From: a virus
Taxonomy: Duplodnaviria; Caudoviricetes
Reading direction: 5' to 3' (one strand)
IMG/VR virus record: IMGVR_UViG_2924263452_000001
Location: 1-64,000 of that record
DNA: 64,000 nucleotides
Part shown: positions 42,250 through 50,998 of the stretch, one piece after another
How positions within the stretch are numbered: the stretch's first letter is position 1
How the letters are laid out: each line of letters opens with the position of its first letter
Translations under genes and position numbers: made by a program
Notes under the pieces: model-generated
What the model saw: the letters and a program-made list of their open reading frames with translations, nothing else
Told to the model about the DNA's origin: nothing
Databases searched by the model: none

Positions 42250-42990
42250 TTATCCTCCTATTAATTGGCTCTCATTTTCCTTCAATACAAGCTGACAAGC
42301 AATTCCGCAATCTTCCATGACTTCTAAATCCATACGCCCACGTTTAGGATCAAGTTTATCTAGGAACACTCCCTTAATGCAGCTATGCCCTATTTCCCTT
42401 TCCTGTCTTGCCCTACGTTCGAACACCTCTGGGAAATCTACTCTAATCTTATTCCAATATCCCATACCGCCTTTTACGCATCCAATACAGTTATTATTTG
42501 GATATCCAAGATCATACATAACTGGACGTTTTAATCCCAGTTCTTTTGCAAGTGCATGACAATCTTCTTTTGTGAATCCATTTTCGATTAACGGAAATTC
42601 ATGGTCGTAGTCTGTCATAGTATTTACCAATCTGTCAGCTCTACGCTTTTCATTTAAGTCATATCCCCATACATAAGTATGGTGGTCAAAGTTTTGTGCT
42701 TCCCATTTCTTTCTTACTTCTTTCTTCAAAAATTTTGTACAAGGTGCGCCATACGGAGTATTGATGCAACGTGTTTTTTCAATAACATCATCTACTGACG
42801 CATATCTTTCAGACTGTAATATGGTTATTTTTCTTCCTAATAATTTCTCGCAATCATGCAGAAAGCGTAAACTATCTGGATGCTGATTCGGAACGTGAGT
42901 ATAAATAAGCTCATCAATATCCTTTGATAAATAACATGCTACAAAACTTGAAATTCCTGTACTAAACCAACAAACTTTCACACCAGCCAC
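42250..42990 (-). CDS. PAPS-reductase / adenine nucleotide alpha hydrolase family protein
   Basis: WFSTGISS PP-loop variant, APCTKFLKKE, NNNCIGCVKG; start may be the GTG at 42981. Confidence 0.75.
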   Translation of the reverse strand: MAGVKVCWFSTGISSFVACYLSKDIDELIYTHVPNQHPDSLRFLHDCEKLLGRKITILQSERYASVDDVIEKTRCINTPYGAPCTKFLKKEVRKKWEAQNFDHHTYVWGYDLNEKRRADRLVNTMTDYDHEFPLIENGFTKEDCHALAKELGLKRPVMYDLGYPNNNCIGCVKGGMGYWNKIRVDFPEVFERRARQEREIGHSCIKGVFLDKLDPKRGRMDLEVMEDCGIACQLVLKENESQLIGG

Positions 42991-43185
42991 TAACCGAATC
43001 CGGTGAATGGCAATTTTGTGGATTGCTATGTTTCGTACAAGCCTTACGTTTAGGTTTTACTTTACTTGTACTTTAGTTCAAACAAATTATGAACTGTTAG
43101 CCACGATCAGAAATTTTCCGGGCGTATATCTCTTTTCTCCAACACCCAACCTAGTTTCACTAGGATAAGGTGTTACTCCCTTCTT
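42985..43185 (-). promoter_or_regulatory. Structured 5' leader, candidate cis-regulatory RNA
   Basis: Several hairpins, e.g. AACACC..CCTAGT-GAA-ACTAGG..GGTGTT and GTACAAG..CTTGTAC. Confidence 0.45.
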
Positions 43186-43225
43186 TTTTATTGTTATTTA
43201 TTTTATTCATCTTTTATTAAACCTT

Positions 43226-43956
43226 TCATCCCCACTGATCCGCCATTGCTTTGGCGATTCCTGGGAATGTTTTACTTCTTGCTTTTGCTCTCCCGGCTTG
43301 ACCACCAGTTGTATTTTTGATTCCCTCACACCAACCAATCCTTTTGCCTTTGCATTTTTTACCTTGGCAAATATATTGTGGCTCTGGAACTGGCAAATTA
43401 TTTTTTCTGTCAAGCACTGGAAGATTTTTAAGCCATAAACATGTTCTCTTCTGGAAATAATTCTCCGCATCATTCTTGTTACTAGCAAAATAATACGGAT
43501 GAACAATTTGATTTGGCTTTCTCCAATGTGTATTCATATACCCCACTGGATTTTCAATTGCAATTTTCTCACAATCTGCATTTGCTATTTTTAAGAAAAA
43601 TTGTTCTGCCTCATTTCTTTTTTCTATTCTAGCGGCTACTTTTTCTGGTGGATTACACTTTAATGAGTAATGCCGTGTTCCTGCAGATGTAAGATATGTA
43701 CATGGTGGAAATGCAATTATTATATCCCATTTCCCGTCTATCTTATGTTTGATTCCATCTGTTGTCTCGAACTCACAATTTCCGTTCAACAAAGGAATAA
43801 CATCTCCCATAACGTGCCATTCTGGATGATTACCAGAACATTCAATTATGTCACAGCTATATGCTTCATGTCCTTTATTTCTAAACTCAATACATACTCT
43901 TTGTGATTCTTCACACGCCACTAATATTTTTAATCTATGTTGAAAACAACTTTCAT
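43226..43956 (-). CDS. Phage C5-cytosine MTase-like protein; true start lies in an inverted segment
   Basis: KILVACEESQ, AFPPC, ENPVG, RSKTFPGIAKAMADQW. Confidence 0.8.
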
Positions 43957-44095
43957 TTTATAGTTTAAAAATACGATGGTTGTCGTATTAGAAATCAGAT
44001 ATGAAAGAGTTTCTTCCTATTATATATAGAAACAGAATTGTGAAAGGACGATTAGAACGTGAGTTCAGAGACAGTAGATAAAAGTTGTTTTTTAT
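43939..44095. other. Putative invertible segment 5 (spacer GTTGTT), OFF
   Basis: ATGAAA-GTTGTT-TTCAAC (minus, 43939-43956) and ATAAAA-GTTGTT-TTTTAT (plus, 44078-44095); GAAAGGA RBS and GTG (44059) on the plus strand. Confidence 0.88.
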
Positions 44096-44647
44096 CCTAC
44101 TTCATGCTCTTTTAACCATTTCTTGAATACTTCTATATCCGGCTCCCAGAAATAACAATCTTCTGGTTTGCCGAAAACAACGCATGTAATTTTTCCATCA
44201 ATGATGCAATTTTCGTGATGTGAGCAGTTTTCACAACATTTTTTAAATCTGCATCTTGATTCAGTTGTCGGATAACGTTCTAAGAGATAGTCCAATTTAT
44301 TCAAATCCCTGTTTATCTCTTCAACTCTCCGCTTTATGATGTTTTGCTGCTGATCCAAAGTTCTTTTATGTAACTGCAAAACTTCATATTCTCTTGCTTC
44401 TTTTTCATCAAGAAATATTGAATTACCAAGCTCTACCAGCTTATGAGAAACATTTGTTTTAAATCCCCATACTCTTACATTTCCGAAAAATTCAACATTT
44501 CTAATTTTACAAGCTGTAACTCCTTGTCGTGGAAAAATATGAAATGCATCCATTCCAACAATTTCTTCGAGTGAATTTATATTATGTTTCTGTAAATATT
44601 CACATACTTTTTCATATCCACTACCAAGCTGGATCATCTTTTCCTCC

Positions 44648-45007
44648 TTATAGATTGAGTTCTTCCAGTAATGGCAGAATCTTATCTTCCATTTCTGGGA
44701 ACAATTTATATAATGTTTGCCGGGCTGTCATAGGCTTATCTGGTTTCGTGAACCTACAGCACTCCCAGTCAATAATCATCTGAATATAATCCGCTTTTGT
44801 TCGCGCTCTTATAGGATGATGTCTGGAATATTTTCTGTGAAATTTAGAGACTTTTTTCTCCCAGCTTTTCGGAGTCACCAAATATATAAAAACTTTATCA
44901 AGGTCATGCAAAAATCCTCGAACAGTATTATGACCAAGCAATTCCTTTTCCACTCTGAGAAATGCTCTCTTATGTTTCATCGTATATACAATGTGACTTC
45001 TATTCAT
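44648..45007 (-). CDS. HD-like protein (DUF5662-like)
   Basis: HDLDK, HR..SRHH, MIIDW. Confidence 0.6.
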   Translation of the reverse strand: MNRSHIVYTMKHKRAFLRVEKELLGHNTVRGFLHDLDKVFIYLVTPKSWEKKVSKFHRKYSRHHPIRARTKADYIQMIIDWECCRFTKPDKPMTARQTLYKLFPEMEDKILPLLEELNL

Positions 45008-45795
45008 TCTCAGCTTCTTCTCTTTTCATTCCAATAACTACTAATGCATTTTCAATCACTGCTTTAAATTCATCAAGATCAAGCATTGTTCTTCTCAGAT
45101 TTTCCTTCAAATCCAGGCTAGAATCCAACCAAGCAACAAGATATTCTGATAATCCAGTGGCAGAATAACCTTCCACTTCAAGATCATTGTCAATTGTAAT
45201 GGCTGCTTTATTATTGTTTACTGGATGAAGTAATCCGTCATAACCGACAATAATTTTATCTCCGGCTTTTATCTGCAGAGTATTTTCTTTGTTTACATAC
45301 TCTCTGTCGCGATTTGCCATCAGAATGCTTCCTCTTGATACTTTTAAAGCATCTGTAGTTCCATCAACACTTTTCATCTTTTACCTCTTTTTCGTTATTA
45401 AATTCTTCCTCTTGCGAGTCCATAGAAAGAACTTTTTGTGCATCTCTATGTTTCCAATTCACTGTAGAACCATAAAATCCACGATTGTTTGTACGTCGTC
45501 TGGCTTTTGAATGATAAATAGGGATTTTCCCTTTTATATATTGCCCGTCACATTTAACACGTAATCGCTTGCCATTCTTTGCGTCATTCACTCCAATGTC
45601 CGTTGCGGTACGTTTTTTCTTTCGTGCTTTAGAAAAATTTTTCTTTCTTCGCCATCCAATAGTTCTCTCCATAAGCTTTCTCCTATCTGATTTGCTATAC
45701 TTCGCGCATTCTTTGCACTGCCAAATCATAATATTTTTGTTTCAATTCAACACCAACATGTCATATTATATAATTTGTTGTATATTTATTTCTTT

Positions 45796-46652
45796 TTACT
45801 TGATATAATCAATTAACATCTCATCTTTGGCTTTTTGATAAAATGTTCGGTCAATTTCAAATCCGTATGAACTTCTTCCTAACTCACAAGCTGCTCTCAA
45901 TGTGCTTCCGCTTCCGCAACAAGGATCAATCACAACATCGCCAGGATCGGTAAATGTTTCAATCAGTCTCTTCAATAGTGCAACTGGTTTCTGTGCAGGG
46001 TGAATCTTTGGTATTTCTTTTGTATCTTTTTCCCATGTGAACCAGTTAAATATCATATGTCCAGTCCCTCTGATTGTTTTTCCGTTCTCATCATATTGTG
46101 CGCCATTACGGAATTTAGGAAGTCTGTCTCTATATAAAAGTAATGCATATTCTGTAGCCCCTACAACTCTCATATTTGCTTTCAACACCTGTGGGCTATA
46201 ATTCTTAACAAACACAAGTGGTATGTAATGAACAAATCCGTGTTTCGCTGCTGCATTAATAAGTGTCTGAATTTGTTCAAATGAACAAAACACGATCATA
46301 CAAGGTGAATCACTACTTCTCCCACGAATAGATTTCTTTTTATCCTCTTTCTTTAACATTTTTGAACAAAAATGGAAATATTCGTAGAGATTAAAGTTAA
46401 AATCTGAATTAAACGCCGACTTTCCAGCTAACTTGCTTTCTCCGTTTTTGTTATCTCCACCTTTATACCACATAGGATTTGAACCATAAAAATTATTTCC
46501 CACATTATACGGCACATCTGCTATAATAAGTTGTGCGGGACGAATACCATACTTTTTATAATTCTGCATTGAGTCACGAAAAATTTCACATTTTATTCTC
46601 GGCTCAATTGTCCCCCCGTGTAAGATTGATTAGTCTCAAGATTATTCAACTC
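45796..46652 (-). CDS. N6A/N4C DNA methyltransferase, frameshifted at a G6 tract near the 5' end
   Basis: DVPY, HPAQKP, DPCCGSGST; AAGGAG+TTG start in frame only with G7 or G4 (C-run 46612-46617). Confidence 0.85.
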
Positions 46653-46735
46653 TTTTTCTCCTTTGGTTGCATATTTATTTAGTTTATCTTATATATAAGA
46701 AATACTGACTGGGTTTTCCCACTCAGCTTTCTTAT

Positions 46736-46783
46736 ATAATATCATATTAAGTTGTATGTGTCAATATTTATTTCGTTTATCTT
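46736..46783 (-). promoter_or_regulatory. sigmaA-like promoter upstream of the MTase cluster
   Basis: TTGACA-N17-TATTAT plus the repeated upstream motif. Confidence 0.6.
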
Positions 46784-47783
46784 ATGTGCAATAAATCTTA
46801 TTTAACTTTTCTATAATTGCTATTTCTTCCTGTCGCTTTTCTTCTTCAAATTCTTCTTTAAAGGAATCGCGCCACTTTTTCATCTCACCTGTATTTTCTG
46901 GATCAATCCATTGTGAGATAATCTTTGCAATGTCATCACCACATTTTTCCCGTACAATATCAATAACATGTCGTTTATTTCCTACGGTATCAATTTGCCC
47001 ATCTGGTAATTGTACTAAATCCATTTCTTCTTCCTTTTCACAGTTCTTCTTTAAATAATAACGTGTCGCGTCTTGTGGATTTTCAATACCATTGTAATTT
47101 TCTATAATATATTTTCCCTTAATGCCTCTCTTTGTTACTGGTACAATTTTATTGCAAAATAAATTATAATCTATCCCTTTTTGAATATATGACTCTGTTA
47201 ATGCCATTGATCTGCTAGTACAATTAACATTAAAGAATCTAATCGACGTTCCATCTGTTAATATAATTTTTAATTGATTTCTATAAATGCGGAATAAACA
47301 ATATCTTGGATAACTGTCTAAAATTTTTTCAAATAATAGTTTCGCCCATTTTATATCGTAATACCAAATACCGATATTTCTTGCGAAATTATTCATCCTT
47401 TATACTTTCCTCCAATTGCCATATAAGTCATTTGGCTATAACTCTTATGTACAATTTATTTTACAAACTCTGCTGTTCCATCTTTATAACTCTTTAGTTT
47501 CCAACCTTTGCTATTAAACCACTTTTGTTTATACCCATACCTTTTTATCCATTTTTTATTTATTCTCTTTTTCTTATGCTTTTTCGCTTGTACAGTTTTT
47601 AAATATTGGATAGTGTATGAATCTGGTTTTCCTGAAATATCCACACCAAAGATTTTCAATAATTTATCTATATTAATACCTTTATCTGGTTCTAATGTGA
47701 ATGAACTCTCAACCATATCGAACCTTTTTACACATTTTTCTTCCATTTGCATAAATTATTTCTTTGTCACCTTTCAAAATATA

Positions 47784-48733
47784 TTACTCAACTTCTACCC
47801 CTATATAATCCATTACATGTCTTATTCCTAATCCGCCATTTTCAATAGGTTTCATACAATAATTCCAAAGTTTCGGATGCGTCTTTTTGAGCATTTGGAA
47901 ACGATTTGGTTCTTTTTCAAGATGACAACCAAACCCGCACCAGACGCAGCCACTTCTTCTCACTCCTGTTGTATGATATTTTCCATCTTCAAACACAATA
48001 TCACCATAAACTGAAGCATATGGAATTTTCTTAGTGTACAAATATTCAAGTACATCCTGCTCAGTCCAGAATCCCATAGGCTGACTCTGTGGACGTTTTT
48101 TATTAAAGGCGTTACATCCAGTTTTCATGTAGTCATTTTTCCTTTTATGACTTTCTTCTGCCATTAAGCCTAAAATTGGATGCTTACCTGTTTCTTTTTC
48201 ATACTCTAATGATGGTTTCTTTTTCATGATCGTACAACACTTATCAGAAATCAAGAAATCTGCATCAAGCAAATATTCATACTTCTTAAAATTATACTGA
48301 GTAGAAAGCTCGCCCGTTTTAGGATTTATGTACTCTCCGTGTAATTGCTGCCATCTGGTATTCCCAGGCTTCGCATAATGGACTTTGTTCGCCACCTCTT
48401 TGCTGATTACCGGATAGCCGTATTTTTGCACAACCTTTTTAAAATTTTCCTTTGGTCGTAGCCATGTGACATTATCAATAGTTTTTACAAATTCACGAAG
48501 TTCCGGATATTCTAAGCCAGTGTCAGTATATACAGCTTCAATGTCAGGATATATCTTTCTTGCTATATCAAGTAATACTGTACTGTCTTTACCACCGGAA
48601 AAAGCCACATAAACCTCTCCGCCATAAAACTCATACCATTCACGTATACGATTTTCAGTCTTTTTTATTTTCAGTTCAAGGGGAAGTGTCTGCAGTATCT
48701 TAAGACTTTCTTCCGTGTAAATTCTGTTTTTAT
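47784..48733 (-). CDS. PAPS-reductase family protein; true start lies in an inverted segment
   Basis: FSGGKDS, DTGLEY, CC..MKKKP, RSGCVWC; frame is open upstream of 48608 but has no start codon. Confidence 0.85.
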
Positions 48734-48872
48734 TATGGACTCTGGAAAGCCTTAACTACGGCATTCCAGAATTGTACATAATAAACAAACAGTTAGTAAT
48801 ATAAGAACAATTATAAAAGGAATAGCATATTTATGGGAAAAATTGAAATAAACAATAAAAACAGAATTTTAT
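48716..48872. other. Putative invertible segment 6 (spacer ACAGAA), OFF
   Basis: Perfect 16-bp inverted repeat AATAAAAACAGAATTT at 48719-48734 and 48854-48869; RBS and ATG (48833) on the plus strand. Confidence 0.9.
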
Positions 48873-48882
48873 TTAGTTTTAA

Positions 48883-48929
48883 TATCTATATATTGTGTCT
48901 GTGATATTTTCAAGCACCATATATTGTGT
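48883..48929. promoter_or_regulatory. Tandem NrdR-box-like palindromes
   Basis: TATCTATATATTGTGT (48883) and GCACCATATATTGTGT (48914), 31 bp apart. Confidence 0.6.
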
Positions 48930-49164
48930 GCTAATCTTTCCAAATAAAAGATCCTTGCACAACAGCTAATAATGCAAATATGAAATACAACAGTAAACAT
49001 TTTCCACATATTTCCAAAAATGCAATAATCGTAAATCCTTTTGTCATAATCAACGTGCAAGTTAAATATGCCGGGCATATAGTCATACAGCACGACATAG
49101 CAGCCAACAAAAGAATAAAAACGATAATCTGTATGTACCTAACATACTTTTTTATATATTTCAT

Positions 49165-50373
49165 TTATCTCAGCTCCACAAGATATTTTATAGTACATTG
49201 TTCTTCTTTATAAACAATAATCTCATCATTCCTTAACATCTTCCCAGCATGGGCGTGTAAGCAGTTTGCTCCGGGGCATTCTTTTTGTAATCGTTCATAA
49301 TTAAAGTTATAATATTTGCTATCAAATGAATGTACATCATATGGTTTTCCATATGCCACATCCATAAGTGCCATAAATCCGAAGTTTTCATGCTGTCCAC
49401 TCCAATATCCATCAAGGCTTGTATAGCCTTTTGACTTCTGAGCTTTTGGGGCATAGTACAGACCATATCCAAACATTTTTCCTGTTATTACGGCATTTGT
49501 TGGTCGAAGAACCAAACCAGTATTAATAATTGACCACCAATTCTCGTTCCTGCTGCCATGCCATAAAAGCTTTCGTGTCTTGATATTTTCTTTTTCTACA
49601 AAGTCGTCAAATCTCTTTTGTGTACGAATGTTGCGAACTCTCCAAGCTTTATGGAATCTGTTGCTGATTTCGCCCAACTTACCTTTAATCATTTCCACTT
49701 CTGAAGCATCAACTTCTTCAAAAATCAGCCCCATTGCTTCAATGATTGTTTCTTCATTATTTTCTTCTACTTTTTCTGGCTCGTTTTGAACAGTGTGTGT
49801 AACAACCTGACCTCTCATAACGTCAAGAAGATCCTGTTCATCTTTCAGAATTTTTGCGAAGTCATCTTTTCTTTTTGAAAGGTAATCATTCACGTTTCCC
49901 ATTTTTCGTGGGATTACAGTAAATAATGTAAGGAGCGTATTATTGAAATCTTCTACAGTTTCTTTGTTCATAAGATTATCAATGACATTTTGTGCCTCGT
50001 CCACCATAGCTTGTGTTACTTGCTGCGAAGATACTTTGTAATTTGCCTGGATTTTCTGACGTGCCATATCTTGTAGCCTTTGAACAATTTCAGCAATTAC
50101 TTTGTTTTCAATTTTTTTATAGCCATCATTAGATTTTACTGGTTCTTTCTGAATAAGATCCTGAACTAAGTGTGTCTGATCGACATAGCCTTTTTTGATT
50201 TTTTCTTTATACTTTTTATCCCACTGTGACATTGAGTAGGAAGCGTGCTGGCAAGTTGCACCAACACGTCCATATTCAACTTCAAAGATATCGCCATGTG
50301 GAATCATCTTATAATATTTGTTATTATTGTTTCTCGTTACCATAAGAAGGTAAACTGGCGATTTTTCTGACAT
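49165..50373 (-). CDS. PARP-like ADP-ribosyltransferase (WGR, helical and catalytic domains)
   Basis: NNNKYY..YGRVG, LLWHGSR, GKMFGYGLYYA, NDEIIVY (H-Y-E triad). Confidence 0.88.
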   Translation of the reverse strand: MSEKSPVYLLMVTRNNNNKYYKMIPHGDIFEVEYGRVGATCQHASYSMSQWDKKYKEKIKKGYVDQTHLVQDLIQKEPVKSNDGYKKIENKVIAEIVQRLQDMARQKIQANYKVSSQQVTQAMVDEAQNVIDNLMNKETVEDFNNTLLTLFTVIPRKMGNVNDYLSKRKDDFAKILKDEQDLLDVMRGQVVTHTVQNEPEKVEENNEETIIEAMGLIFEEVDASEVEMIKGKLGEISNRFHKAWRVRNIRTQKRFDDFVEKENIKTRKLLWHGSRNENWWSIINTGLVLRPTNAVITGKMFGYGLYYAPKAQKSKGYTSLDGYWSGQHENFGFMALMDVAYGKPYDVHSFDSKYYNFNYERLQKECPGANCLHAHAGKMLRNDEIIVYKEEQCTIKYLVELR

Positions 50374-50382
50374 TCTTACCTC

Positions 50383-50829
50383 CTACTGTATACAAACAAG
50401 AATCTGTACATCAGAATCCGCGAAAACAAATTCAAACATACTCCGCACATCGTCCCACTCTAAACCATTTCTGCCACAACAAATTTTCGGTATAGCCAAT
50501 TTTTTAATCATCTTTGCGTCCATCTGATCTCTCATATTTACAATAGCATCCAGAAGTCTGTCAGAGTCCGGCTTGTTATAACTGTTTTCTTTTACAATCA
50601 AATTAAAAACATTATCAACAAGAATGGCTTCACCAAGTTCAATGTCAACATTATCTGTATAGTCATCTACATAGGACGCTTCAATTTTCTCTTTCATTCC
50701 ATACATTCTCTCAAAGAGTGCCGGAAGTCCTGTGGAAAAATTGAGATCTTTTGAAATCCCCTGTGCCAGATAATAGCTCTGTGGTGCGCTCATAATATTC
50801 AAATCAATTTCAATCATCTTCATATTCAT
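50383..50829 (-). CDS. Macrodomain protein (TARG1/Poa1-like)
   Basis: FNLIVKE, LAIPKICCGRNGLEW. Confidence 0.75.
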   Translation of the reverse strand: MNMKMIEIDLNIMSAPQSYYLAQGISKDLNFSTGLPALFERMYGMKEKIEASYVDDYTDNVDIELGEAILVDNVFNLIVKENSYNKPDSDRLLDAIVNMRDQMDAKMIKKLAIPKICCGRNGLEWDDVRSMFEFVFADSDVQILVCIQ

Positions 50830-50998
50830 AATCTCCTTTATTTTGTATGTCTTTTACGGTAATCATTTTCATACGCCTCATTGCAAGACATTTCACCAAA
50901 AACTACTCTCTTATCCTCGTTGTATTTGCAAGTTTTACAATCGCGGGCAATGCAATATTTATCGAATAATTTAGCAATATGTTTATTCATTATTTTTA

